DNA of 64,000 nucleotides from an uncultured Pseudomonadota bacterium (GTDB taxonomy: Bacteria; Pseudomonadota; Alphaproteobacteria; RF32; CAG-239). Positions within the stretch are counted from its first letter, which is position 1. Every line of letters begins with the position of its first letter. The DNA lies in the NCBI GenBank assembly GCA_902761535.1, contig CACWKS010000008.1:9022-73021 (forward strand), given 5' to 3'. Below the pieces are notes generated by a model. The model was not told where the DNA came from and made no database searches. It worked only from the letters and a program-made list of their open reading frames with translations. This document shows, piece after piece, positions 27,852-36,937 of the stretch. The position numbers and the translations under genes are program-made.

Positions 27852-28370
27852 CTATTTCACTACTCCGCAGGCAATGCGTGCACCGCCGCCTCCCAAGGGC
27901 AGGGGCTTGTCTTGATAATTATCACCGCCGGCATGAATCATCAGACTGCGTCCTTTAATCTCTTTTACCTTGAGGTGCGGTGCATAAATTTTTGTTTTAA
28001 CTATCCCTTGTGCATCGACTGTCAAATAAGGCAAATCGCCCTTGTGTCCTGATTTGTTCGGGCCCAAATGTTCACCGGTTTTATCCGGATCATAATGTCC
28101 GCCTGCTTTCAGTCCGGCGGTCATTTTGCCGTCTTTATCTGCCGCAGCACCGCAATCTCCCATCTCATGAACATGAAAACCATGCTCACCCGCAGGTAAA
28201 CCTTGTAAATCAATGTCTAATTCCAATCCTTGCGCACTGTCTTGCAAAGTTATCACGCCGATATTTTTATCCAATCCTTCGGCATTTATCAAATAAATCT
28301 CGCTTTTAGCCTTATTATTACCGTAACATCCTGCCAAAAATAATGCCAAACCTAACCATATTTTTTTCAT
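27852..28370 (-). CDS. sodC: Periplasmic Cu/Zn superoxide dismutase (lipoprotein form)
   Basis: Lipobox LAGC, GFHVHEMGDCG, and GGGGARIACGVV C-terminus. Confidence 0.9.
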   Translation of the reverse strand: MKKIWLGLALFLAGCYGNNKAKSEIYLINAEGLDKNIGVITLQDSAQGLELDIDLQGLPAGEHGFHVHEMGDCGAAADKDGKMTAGLKAGGHYDPDKTGEHLGPNKSGHKGDLPYLTVDAQGIVKTKIYAPHLKVKEIKGRSLMIHAGGDNYQDKPLPLGGGGARIACGVVK

Positions 28371-28562
28371 TTTTCATCCTCCCGCATCCTAACATATAAC
28401 CATGATCCGGCAAATTTCCATAAAAACCTGGTCGTTATAATTTTGCATAAGTTGATTCTCGCGTTTTTGTCTGGCCGTTTGATAAGCCACTTCATCACGA
28501 GTGCTAAATCCGTTATGATTAACACCATAACTGTCGATGCCGCCAAAGCCTTGTTTGGTAGC

Positions 28563-28901
28563 CTAACGGTGAAATGTATTAAAGAAAATTATTTGTAAAA
28601 TATAAACAGTCTCTTTGGGATAATACAACATAACAAGACTTTCCATTATTGCCCAAGGAATAATTATATATTTTAATGTAAGGATTTTTGTTGTATGGCA
28701 ATCAAACCATCTTTTTTTTAGAACAAATCTTAGAAATAAAGGATATCCTATCAATAAACAAAAATCAAAAAGGAATAAAATAGGAAAAAAAGGTACATAT
28801 GCATGCAATCCTAATATAACAATAATTCCTAAACCAACGCAAAATGAAATAAAAAAATCAATGGCTTTGGCAAAGTTATCTCTAAAAGTATATTTTTCCA
28901 T
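28563..28901 (-). CDS. Hypothetical multi-TM membrane protein (possible immunity protein)
   Basis: Very AT-rich ORF with 3-4 hydrophobic helices, 22 nt downstream of the glycine-rich ORF on the same strand. Confidence 0.4.
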   Translation of the reverse strand: MEKYTFRDNFAKAIDFFISFCVGLGIIVILGLHAYVPFFPILFLFDFCLLIGYPLFLRFVLKKRWFDCHTTKILTLKYIIIPWAIMESLVMLYYPKETVYILQIIFFNTFHR

Positions 28902-28923
28902 ATTTTATTCCTTTTATGTTCTT

Positions 28924-29220
28924 TTATTTATCTTTACTGTATATCATATTTTTTATGTTGTCAGCAAGATAATTAATACTCTGTGGTATAATTTTTCTGC
29001 CAACATTACCGAGTATACGACCGACCGGTGATTGGTTAATATAAAAACCTATTCCATTTCCTACGCCGTTAATCCCGAGATTCACTCCAAAATCATTCCA
29101 GTTTTCGGCATATCCTGCTGAAGCATTTATAGTATCAGTAAGAGCATTTATAGCTCTATTAAATTTATTTGTGTCATTTAATAAATGCACAGGTGTTGTA
29201 GCAGTTCCAAGCATCTCCAT
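28924..29220 (-). CDS. Small glycine-zipper protein (possible bacteriocin-like peptide)
   Basis: GVNLGINGVGNGIGFYINQSPVGRILGNVG glycine-zipper-type tract. No signal peptide. AT-rich. Confidence 0.35.
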   Translation of the reverse strand: MEMLGTATTPVHLLNDTNKFNRAINALTDTINASAGYAENWNDFGVNLGINGVGNGIGFYINQSPVGRILGNVGRKIIPQSINYLADNIKNMIYSKDK

Positions 29221-29291
29221 CCCTTTATAAACATAAGGATGATTTAATATATTTTAACTTATGTTATAATATACTTCGTTCGGAGGTAAAA

Positions 29292-29783
29292 ATGAAAAAG
29301 ATACTGTTGTTTTTGACCGTACTGATTTGTTGCATAACTGATGTCTATGCTAATGAAATTATACATGGAATTGACGTTGATGCGGTTTATGCTTCCGGCG
29401 ATTGGAGCAACAAAAACAAAATAAATGACATTATAAATGATTATAGCTTAGTACTACAATATCAAGAAAGGCTGGCTCTGTGTTCGTCATCAAGAGATAA
29501 ATTAAATTGCTTAAACATCTTAGCAGAAGAAATTATCAAACATTTTTACAATCATAATCTGGATAATAATTTAAATGATTATTATACATATGTTAAGTCT
29601 GTTTCAGCAGCTTATGGCATTATCTATTGTTTAAATAAATATAGACTTCCTTCCGGAACGATGTGTAATCAAGAAACACAAGTAAAAGTTCAAGAGAATG
29701 TTGAGCAATATGTTAATAATTTACTTCAATCTGTGGATCAAATCTTTCGCGGTTATAGTTTCCTTCAAGATTATAAAGATTAA
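29292..29783 (+). CDS. Hypothetical secreted protein
   Basis: Signal peptide MKKILLFLTVLICCITDVYA, GGAGG RBS and a downstream terminator. Confidence 0.55.
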   Translation: MKKILLFLTVLICCITDVYANEIIHGIDVDAVYASGDWSNKNKINDIINDYSLVLQYQERLALCSSSRDKLNCLNILAEEIIKHFYNHNLDNNLNDYYTYVKSVSAAYGIIYCLNKYRLPSGTMCNQETQVKVQENVEQYVNNLLQSVDQIFRGYSFLQDYKD

Positions 29784-29784
29784 A

Positions 29785-29816
29785 AAAGAGGAGCCTTTGT
29801 AAGGGGCTCCTTTTAG
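29785..29816. terminator. Bidirectional terminator
   Basis: AAAAGAGGAGCC-tttgtaag-GGCTCCTTTT. Confidence 0.6.
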
Positions 29817-29866
29817 TTTTTAGTAAGAAATGTGATATCCATCCGTTTGTTTATTCCATTCCAATT

Positions 29867-30097
29867 TCACACTTCGTTGTATAACAAAGCATTAGCCCGT
29901 TCTCTGGTTAAATTTTTTATATCTTCATTAGGATGATATCTTTTAGATATTCCCATATTAGTTTCTCCTCCTGGATCATTTATATTATTAACATAACCTT
30001 TTTCGTTGGGAATTGCATATTCTTGCAATGCTCGATGATAATCTTTATCACCAAGCATATTATCAATAAATTCTTTAGAGAAATCATTTCCATACAA
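29867..30097 (-). pseudogene. N-terminal stub of a GH108-family lysozyme
   Basis: NEKGYVNNINDPGGETNMGIS matches the GH108 EGGYvndp.DpGG.T.yGI block. The ORF stops after 76 aa, where GH108 proteins continue, and no PG-binding domain follows. Confidence 0.5.
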
Positions 30098-30151
30098 AGA
30101 ATAATCAACTAAAAGTTATACTACTTTAGTTCATCAGCGAATCATGTCACT

Positions 30152-32326
30152 TTAATTTTCTTTTGTTAATTCTGCCAACACTTCCTTTTTCAACGTAACA
30201 TTATCAACCTTTCCGGTTGCCGAAGTCGGTATCTTGTCCTTATACAAAATTACTCTCGGCATATATAATTCCGGATAACCGTTTTGGCGAATAAAATCAT
30301 GTAGCATATCCGAAGTCAGGCTTGGCTCGTTGGTAACCACCACAATTTGCTCACCTTTGTTTTCGTGCGGAATGGCAACCACGCCGCAACAAAATTCATC
30401 TTTACCTTCAAAAGCCTTGCAAATCATATTTTCAACTGCTTTCAGCGATACCATTTCGCCGCCGATTTTAGCAAAACGTTTAATCCTGTCTTTAATCTTG
30501 ATAAAGCCGATATCATCAACTTCCACCACATCACCGGTGTGATACCATCCGTTGTGCGGCGGTACCAAAACTCCCGGATTATCCGCGAAAATATATCCCG
30601 CCATAACATTCGGCCCTTTTACTACCAATTCACCGCCTTCGGCAATACCGTCAACTTCTTCCAAACGATATTCCATGCCGGGGCAAAGTTTACCGATGGT
30701 GCCGAATTTGTTAAATACCATATTATTACCGGCAACAGCAGGCGAACATTCGGTTGTTCCGTATGCTTCCATAAGTCTTGCCCCTAATCTTTCGTTAAGC
30801 AAATTGCGCGTATCCAGCTTGACTCCTTCGGCACCGGCATAGCACAAACGCAACGATCCGAAATCAAGCGGGTGAGCAATCTTGGCATAACTGCGGAAAA
30901 ACGTATCGGTACCGATCATCACCGTAGCATTTAATTCATAAAGCAAATCACTGATAACGCGGAAATGCAAAGGTGAGGGGTATAAAAAGACTTTTGCTCC
31001 TTGATACAATGCATATAATGTTCCCAAAACCAAACCGAAACTATGGAAAATCGGCATTGAATTAAGCACCACATCACTCTTATTCAAGGTTTCAAAAGAT
31101 GCAATTTGCCATACGTTGGAAATAACATTGCGATTAGACAGCACCACTGCTTTGGGCGCACCTTCCGAGCCGGATGTAAACAAAATCACCGCCCGATCAT
31201 CTGCCGTAGCTTTATAAGGCACGTATTTAATTTTATATTGCAACAGTGCCAACAATTTTGCCGGCAAAGAAATGCTTTTTCCGACTTCTTCCAAATAAAT
31301 TACTTTTGTTCCGTTATCTTCTATCGCCTTGATAACATCTTCCAAATTAGCCTTTTTAATAAACATTTTAGAAGTGATAACTTTCTTTACCAAGGTGGTA
31401 TTGATACCGCTGACAATGTTTTGCGCTCCGGCACTGAAATTAAGCATAACCGGAACTTGTCCGTAAGCATTTAGTCCGAAAAAGGTGCAAATAGCCGCCA
31501 CCGAATTAGGTAACAAAATTCCTAAAGCTTCCTGATGAGTTGACATCTTGTTAAAATATCTTCCCAAAACATAACTGCCCAGCATAATATCCTTAAAACT
31601 CTTCGGCTTACGGGTAATATCTTCCAAAACCTTGGGACGAACCAACCCTAAATATTTTTTAGCATGAACTTTTGCTGCTTTGATTAATTGCGTAAATACA
31701 GTCAGTTTTGGATCATACATCGACTCAAACATCATTTGCCGCATAATCATATAAATCTCATTGGAAATATGGTTACGCACATGACGCAAATTATCTTTTA
31801 ATTTTAGCGGTTTAGGCTTCTCGACCACAATCTTTACTTTAGGAAAATAGCGATGCGGCAACCTTCCGCCGGTCTTGGAGAAAAAACGGCAATATTGCAA
31901 ACCGTTAATCCAAATCGGAATAATCGGAGAGTCGGTCTTGTCAGCAATCAATCCTGCAGATTCATAAATCTTCATAATATTGCCGTTGGTAGTCATACGA
32001 CCTTCCGGAAAAATAACGCATAATCTTCCCGAGGCAACTTTAGCAATTAACTGTTTCAAATCGGGAACATCTAAATTGCCGTATTCCATCACATCGGCTT
32101 TTTTCATAAAGAAACGTATCCACGGATTGCGATAAAGTTGTCCGTGCAAAGCGAAAATGGGATTCCCCGGTAAAAAGGCAAACAAAATTATCGGATCAAT
32201 ATAAGAAACATGATTGGATATATAAACGCCTTTATGGGGTAAATCTTCAATATTAAAGCGCATTTCAAAACGAACTTTAAATAGCTTAAACATACATCTT
32301 AAACAAAAACGTACCAAATTTCGCAT
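30152..32326 (-). CDS. aas: Bifunctional 2-acylglycerophosphoethanolamine acyltransferase / acyl-ACP synthetase
   Basis: N-terminal PlsC-type NHVSYIDP (HX4D) motif and C-terminal AMP-binding domain (FTSGSEGAPKAV, YGTTE, GDV...D..GF..I.DR). Length 724 aa, as in Aas. Confidence 0.85.
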   Translation of the reverse strand: MRNLVRFCLRCMFKLFKVRFEMRFNIEDLPHKGVYISNHVSYIDPIILFAFLPGNPIFALHGQLYRNPWIRFFMKKADVMEYGNLDVPDLKQLIAKVASGRLCVIFPEGRMTTNGNIMKIYESAGLIADKTDSPIIPIWINGLQYCRFFSKTGGRLPHRYFPKVKIVVEKPKPLKLKDNLRHVRNHISNEIYMIMRQMMFESMYDPKLTVFTQLIKAAKVHAKKYLGLVRPKVLEDITRKPKSFKDIMLGSYVLGRYFNKMSTHQEALGILLPNSVAAICTFFGLNAYGQVPVMLNFSAGAQNIVSGINTTLVKKVITSKMFIKKANLEDVIKAIEDNGTKVIYLEEVGKSISLPAKLLALLQYKIKYVPYKATADDRAVILFTSGSEGAPKAVVLSNRNVISNVWQIASFETLNKSDVVLNSMPIFHSFGLVLGTLYALYQGAKVFLYPSPLHFRVISDLLYELNATVMIGTDTFFRSYAKIAHPLDFGSLRLCYAGAEGVKLDTRNLLNERLGARLMEAYGTTECSPAVAGNNMVFNKFGTIGKLCPGMEYRLEEVDGIAEGGELVVKGPNVMAGYIFADNPGVLVPPHNGWYHTGDVVEVDDIGFIKIKDRIKRFAKIGGEMVSLKAVENMICKAFEGKDEFCCGVVAIPHENKGEQIVVVTNEPSLTSDMLHDFIRQNGYPELYMPRVILYKDKIPTSATGKVDNVTLKKEVLAELTKEN

Positions 32327-32523
32327 AACTTTGTCCTCAATATTTATATCAATTTCGCGCTATAAATAGCTCATTTGATAACTGATGTAAAGTAGGCACT
32401 TTAGAGAAACTATTGAATAATTTCGGCTTTACCCCGTTAATCGTAATAATTGGACACATTAAGTTATTGACTTAAACACAACTTTAGCTTGCAACTGTTG
32501 ATAAATATTATAAAGTTTGCCTC

Positions 32524-32553
32524 AAACCGATTGGTTAATCGGTTTTATTTTTT
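32524..32553 (+). promoter_or_regulatory. Terminator-like hairpin in the fadL leader
   Basis: AAACCGATT-ggtt-AATCGGTTT (9-bp perfect stem) followed by TATTTTTT, 24 nt before the fadL ATG. Confidence 0.4.
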
Positions 32554-32576
32554 ATGAAACTCAGTGAGAAAGAACT

Positions 32577-33782
32577 ATGAAAAAAACAAGTTTATACGCT
32601 TTGCTGCTGGGTGCAGCTTTAATTCCTGCCGATGCTTATGCCGGCGGTTTTCAATTATCCGAATATTCAGCCTCGACTATCGGGCGTGCCTTTGCCGGCA
32701 CCGGTGTCGCCGGTGATGATTATTCGGCTGTGGCTTATAATCCTGCCGCTATGACCTTAAAAAATACCGGTATGCAGGCTGTTGCCACTTATTTCAAATT
32801 ACGCGGCCATGCCTACAATCTTGATGAGCCCGGAAAAGATGAAGGTATTTTATCAACCAAGGTAACTGTTCCGGCCTTTTTTGCTCAATACAAAATAAAT
32901 GATCAATGGCATATCGGCGCCGGTGTTTATGTTCCTTTCGGTTTGGGTACCAATTGGAAAGGTCATTGGTTTGGTGATACCGAAGCCACCGATTCGGTAA
33001 TTGAAGATGTTAACTATAACTTATCGGTTGCCTATAAAGCCACTGATAAATTGTCTTTGGGTCTATCGGTTATTGCCGATGCCATGCATGCCGAGTTGAC
33101 CAATTATTCAGCTAACCCACAGATGCCCGGAGCATATTCCATGATGGAAGCTGATGACATAAACGTATTATGGCAAGCCGGTCTTATGTATGAATTTAAT
33201 AAGAATACCCGTTTAGGCTTGTCTTATCGTCCTAAATCCAAACAAGACTTACACGGCGACCATGATCTTAGTCCCTATGGAATGAGCGGTCGCGTTCATA
33301 CTCGTTTGACTTTGCCGGAATATGCTAATGCTTCAATTTATCACAAATTGAATGACAATGTTGCTTTAATGGCCGGTGCTCGTTGGACTCGTTGGAGCAG
33401 GTTTAAAACCTTGGATATTTGGTCAACCATCGGAGGCCAAGATCATTCAACCGGTGCGGTTGACGAAGGTTGGAAAGATGTTTGGATGTTATCACTCGGT
33501 GCCGATTGGTATGTCAACGACCGGTGGACCTTGCGCGGTGGTATCGCTTGGGATGAAAGTCCGGTCAGAGATTCTAACCATCGTACCGCTCGTATTCCCG
33601 ACAGCAGTCGTGTAATCTTGTCGGTAGGTGCCACTTACAAAACCGGTAATTGGACTTGGGATGCGGCTTATTCCCATCTGATTATGCAAAAACATGACGG
33701 CTATCGCCAAACTCATGATTTTAATTTCCGTCGTGAGTTAAATACCGATATGTTGAGTTTAGGTGTTCAATATAATTTCTAA
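32577..33782 (+). CDS. fadL: Outer-membrane long-chain fatty acid transporter (FadL/OMPP1 family)
   Basis: Signal peptide, GGFQLSEYSASTIGRAFAG N-terminal hatch motif, and C-terminal aromatic residue F. Confidence 0.85.
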   Translation: MKKTSLYALLLGAALIPADAYAGGFQLSEYSASTIGRAFAGTGVAGDDYSAVAYNPAAMTLKNTGMQAVATYFKLRGHAYNLDEPGKDEGILSTKVTVPAFFAQYKINDQWHIGAGVYVPFGLGTNWKGHWFGDTEATDSVIEDVNYNLSVAYKATDKLSLGLSVIADAMHAELTNYSANPQMPGAYSMMEADDINVLWQAGLMYEFNKNTRLGLSYRPKSKQDLHGDHDLSPYGMSGRVHTRLTLPEYANASIYHKLNDNVALMAGARWTRWSRFKTLDIWSTIGGQDHSTGAVDEGWKDVWMLSLGADWYVNDRWTLRGGIAWDESPVRDSNHRTARIPDSSRVILSVGATYKTGNWTWDAAYSHLIMQKHDGYRQTHDFNFRRELNTDMLSLGVQYNF

Positions 33783-33800
33783 ACTTTGTCTGATACCAGA

Positions 33801-33836
33801 AAAACCGTCGCAGTCAAATCTTGCGGCGGTTTTTTA
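33801..33836 (+). terminator. Rho-independent terminator after fadL
   Basis: ACCGTCGC/GCGGCGGT hairpin followed by a T-run. Confidence 0.6.
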
Positions 33837-33904
33837 TTGACATTTTTCCAATCAGGCTTTATCGTTAGACAAAATTTTATTATTAATCACAAAACTTATT
33901 TATT

Positions 33905-34357
33905 ATGGAAGAAGTAAAAGAAAAAACTCCCCAAGAACAGTTGGATTATTTCTGTGCCAATTGTTGGACGCTTGACTCTCCGCAGTTGCTATATCGAGCC
34001 CTATGGGAGTCATTTATTTTCCACTTACCAAAGGAAAAATATGCAGAAATGATTCCCAAATTGGTTAATGCCAGAAAACATTACCGAAATTTGGTTTTTT
34101 TGGCAGAAAATTTGTTCAAACGCCTCACGGCTGATGAACAAAAAAAAATAAATTTTAACGGCTATTCTCCTACAAGTCTGAATGAAAAGGAGATTGCCAT
34201 CACCACAGCCGAATACCTGTGGCGAAGAAGCCGCAATCAGCCATGTAAACTTTATCATAAGGGTGGGTTCTCTCGCCCGGCGAGTATTGAAGACTTTCTG
34301 GCTGTTGAAGCCATAACGGAGATGCTGATGTTATCCGATTCATCGGCACTAACCTAA
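33905..34357 (+). CDS. Hypothetical protein (150 aa)
   Basis: ORF flanked by terminators on both sides. No family recognised. Confidence 0.5.
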   Translation: MEEVKEKTPQEQLDYFCANCWTLDSPQLLYRALWESFIFHLPKEKYAEMIPKLVNARKHYRNLVFLAENLFKRLTADEQKKINFNGYSPTSLNEKEIAITTAEYLWRRSRNQPCKLYHKGGFSRPASIEDFLAVEAITEMLMLSDSSALT

Positions 34358-34375
34358 AAAATGGTCTGAAAAACA

Positions 34376-34408
34376 AAAAGGACTATCCCGACGGGTAGTC
34401 CTTTTTTG
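34376..34408. terminator. Bidirectional terminator
   Basis: AAAAAGGACTATCCCgacGGGTAGTCCTTTTTT. Confidence 0.65.
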
Positions 34409-34411
34409 TAA

Positions 34412-34963
34412 TTAAAATTTTCTTTGTTGATTATAATAATTTTGCTGTATATCCGAGGTTGCTTCAATGCTCCGCCGAATGATTTCCTCGGTTTGTGCTT
34501 TAATCCACCAAGGCGCATAAACTTTCTTAAATACCACTTTTGATGTGCCGGTTCCCGAAAAATAGATACTGCCGTAATTCAGAATTTTCCCCATAATTGA
34601 CTGGCGAACACTCACCGCCTCAATTCGGCTGTTAACCAATTCTTCGGTATGAACATTAAAAATACCGATTTTATAAACCACACGATAGTTGGTAACTGCC
34701 ATTTCCACTGAATAGTTGCGGAAAAATGTGTAGATTATTCGTAACACAATCGCCCACCATATCACCGTTTCAGTTGTCTCCAAAAAATGAATGATTCTGT
34801 AATCATAATTGATGAACGGTGCCATATAATGGCAAAATAAGATATACAAAATCGACAATTGCAAATAAGAGTCAATATACACGGCCCAATGCAACTTTGG
34901 TGCAATTAAAACATCTTCTTCAATTTGCAGATTTCTTTGAACATAATTCAGCATTGTGACCAC
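34412..34963 (-). CDS. Membrane protein with bacterial PH (bPH_2) domain, paralogue of 15641-16153
   Basis: VTNYRVVYKIGIFNVHTEEL...IEAVSVRQSIMGKILNYGSIYFSGTG has the same pattern as the other copy. Confidence 0.6.
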   Translation of the reverse strand: MVTMLNYVQRNLQIEEDVLIAPKLHWAVYIDSYLQLSILYILFCHYMAPFINYDYRIIHFLETTETVIWWAIVLRIIYTFFRNYSVEMAVTNYRVVYKIGIFNVHTEELVNSRIEAVSVRQSIMGKILNYGSIYFSGTGTSKVVFKKVYAPWWIKAQTEEIIRRSIEATSDIQQNYYNQQRKF

Positions 34964-35150
34964 CCTGAAACAATCCCACTAGTCAAAATTTTATAATAAC
35001 ATATTAAAATGTCAACATATTTGATTAATAAAAGAAAAAAATATCCTCTCTCCTGCAAAAATATATTTCGGATTAAAAAAACTTGACTCTTAGACTAAAC
35101 ACAATAAAATCGCGACAATTAAAATTATTATTAACCTAAAATTATAAAAA

Positions 35151-35489
35151 ATGAGTACAACATTAATTTTAATCGTGATTTTAGCCGTCATACTGGCAGT
35201 CATCGGCGAGGTTTGGGGCAGTGACAATGGTGGTAGATTTTGGAATCCTTTCCAAATTTCTTTCCCAACAAAGCTTGCCCAGTTCGTTTACCGTCTGGTT
35301 TGGGTGGTTTTGATCATCGCCCTTTGTGCAGATGTAATCACAATGTTGAACTTCTCCGGCTACGGGTGGCTGTGGTTGATTATCATTCTGCCGGCCGTTG
35401 TAGTCGGTCTCTTTATCTTCGTCGTATTATTTATCATGGCGATGGTATGGTTGTTCAACAGACTGACAAAACTTTTGAATAACCTATAA
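35151..35489 (+). CDS. Small 3-TM membrane protein (tandem family member 1)
   Basis: 112 aa, TM-loop-TM-TM layout, with a terminator-like hairpin downstream (35490-35528). Confidence 0.5.
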   Translation: MSTTLILIVILAVILAVIGEVWGSDNGGRFWNPFQISFPTKLAQFVYRLVWVVLIIALCADVITMLNFSGYGWLWLIIILPAVVVGLFIFVVLFIMAMVWLFNRLTKLLNNL

Positions 35490-35624
35490 GTCGTTGATGC
35501 TTTTTTATAAGCCTCAACGGCTTTTTTTATATTTCATTTATCTGCCTGTTTTTATATTGACAAAAAGATATTTTTTTTTATAACTTAAATCGACAATATA
35601 ATTATTAATAAATAAATAAAAATT

Positions 35625-35999
35625 ATGGAAACATTAATTATTAGTGCCGGTGCGATAATTGTCATTGCGGCAATTTTGTTGCTCGTCGGAGCAATCTTTG
35701 GCGTAGAAAAACAGATTGAAAAAAAAGTGGCGATTCGATTGATTTCTTATCCGTTTCGCCTGAACTTCAACAAAAAATGGCAAAATGCCCTATTCAGAAG
35801 CATAATGCTCTTATTGGCAATAGTCTTCTGTATTGTTGTCATCAATGCCGCCTGGCTTGATTTAGGTTGGTATTCATTACTTTGCTTGCCTGTTTTGGCG
35901 TTTGCATGGTATGTGCTGACCTATCTGGTGAGCGGAGTCCTTACGATCGTAGGATTGATACTTATATTCCTGATATACGGATGGCAACATGACAATTAA
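35625..35999 (+). CDS. Small 3-TM membrane protein (tandem family member 2)
   Basis: 124 aa, same layout. Overlaps the next ORF by 11 nt. Confidence 0.5.
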   Translation: METLIISAGAIIVIAAILLLVGAIFGVEKQIEKKVAIRLISYPFRLNFNKKWQNALFRSIMLLLAIVFCIVVINAAWLDLGWYSLLCLPVLAFAWYVLTYLVSGVLTIVGLILIFLIYGWQHDN

Positions 36000-36330
36000 C
36001 ACAATTATCTCAATCATTGTATTGCTGGTGTCAGCATCATTGTTTGAGATTCTATCAAACGAACGTTATTCAAGCGAGGATGGCTGTCTAGGCATCATTC
36101 TCGGTTTACGTTTCAAAAATTCGGCATGGACGTTGTTGTATTTATTGCTGATTTTGGCAGCATATATAGCAATTACCTGGATTTTTGTAAAACTTCTGTT
36201 ATCGGCCGGTTGGATACTTTTTTTCTCGATAATTGTGGCAGTAATTGCCGCAGTAATTGTCGAAATAATAGCTTTGATTCTGATTCGGCTGATTATCTTT
36301 CTGATTTTAACTATTATTAATTTATGCTAA
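35989..36330 (+). CDS. Small 3-TM membrane protein (tandem family member 3)
   Basis: 113 aa, same layout, followed by a strong terminator. Confidence 0.5.
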   Translation: MTINTIISIIVLLVSASLFEILSNERYSSEDGCLGIILGLRFKNSAWTLLYLLLILAAYIAITWIFVKLLLSAGWILFFSIIVAVIAAVIVEIIALILIRLIIFLILTIINLC

Positions 36331-36333
36331 CGA

Positions 36334-36369
36334 CGCCGACGGTAATTTTAAAACCGTCGGCGATTTTTT
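36334..36369. terminator. Bidirectional terminator
   Basis: CGCCGACGG-N11-CCGTCGGCG followed by T8. Confidence 0.7.
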
Positions 36370-36852
36370 TTACACACTTGTTCCATACATCCAAACATAA
36401 ACAATGTTCAAAACGGAAGCAAACAACATCCATAAACAATAAGGAATTAACAGATAAGCCGATAAACGATTCAATTTGTGATACAACAAAGTCATTTTAA
36501 TCACGGCAACATCAAGTAATAGTATAATTCCCGACCCGAAAGCCAGCTGTCCTTGCGCAAAAAAGGCAAAACACCATAATATTTGTAAAAAGCATTGTGC
36601 TAAAAACAAGTCATTTGCCGGATTATGTAACAAAGATTCCGTTCGGCTTAATGCCAAATACGATGCTAAAATCAATAAGGCATAAAGTATCGCCCACACA
36701 ATCGAAAACACAAAATCCGGTGGCACAATCGCCGGTTTAGGCAAAGTTTGATACCACCCGTCGGTTCCGTAGCGTGAAAAAACCGAGCTCAAATAAGCCG
36801 TCAGCAAAACCGTTGCTAAAATATAAATAGATTTGAGTATTTTTTTCATCAT
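36370..36852 (-). CDS. tspO: Tryptophan-rich sensory protein TspO/MBR family
   Basis: 5-TM, W-rich protein with WYQTLPKP, PPDFVFSIVWAILY and LIPYCLW blocks. Confidence 0.85.
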   Translation of the reverse strand: MMKKILKSIYILATVLLTAYLSSVFSRYGTDGWYQTLPKPAIVPPDFVFSIVWAILYALLILASYLALSRTESLLHNPANDLFLAQCFLQILWCFAFFAQGQLAFGSGIILLLDVAVIKMTLLYHKLNRLSAYLLIPYCLWMLFASVLNIVYVWMYGTSV

Positions 36853-36937
36853 TTTTCTCCTTTCAACGCCATATATAATAACTGAGCGGAATAATTTAAA
36901 TAAAATTAAGCCTGGATAATTATAACGATACTCAGGG

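Noticed and set aside
29867-30097. GH108 lysozyme fragment as evidence for a prophage
   Set aside because: No integrase, capsid, tail, terminase or holin genes occur nearby. A single truncated lysozyme stub is insufficient.
30347-31474. Long plus-strand ORFs (146 aa, 96 aa, 122 aa) inside aas
   Set aside because: They are antisense shadow frames of a strongly recognisable 724-aa Aas homologue. Their products are compositionally odd and lack starts with an RBS.
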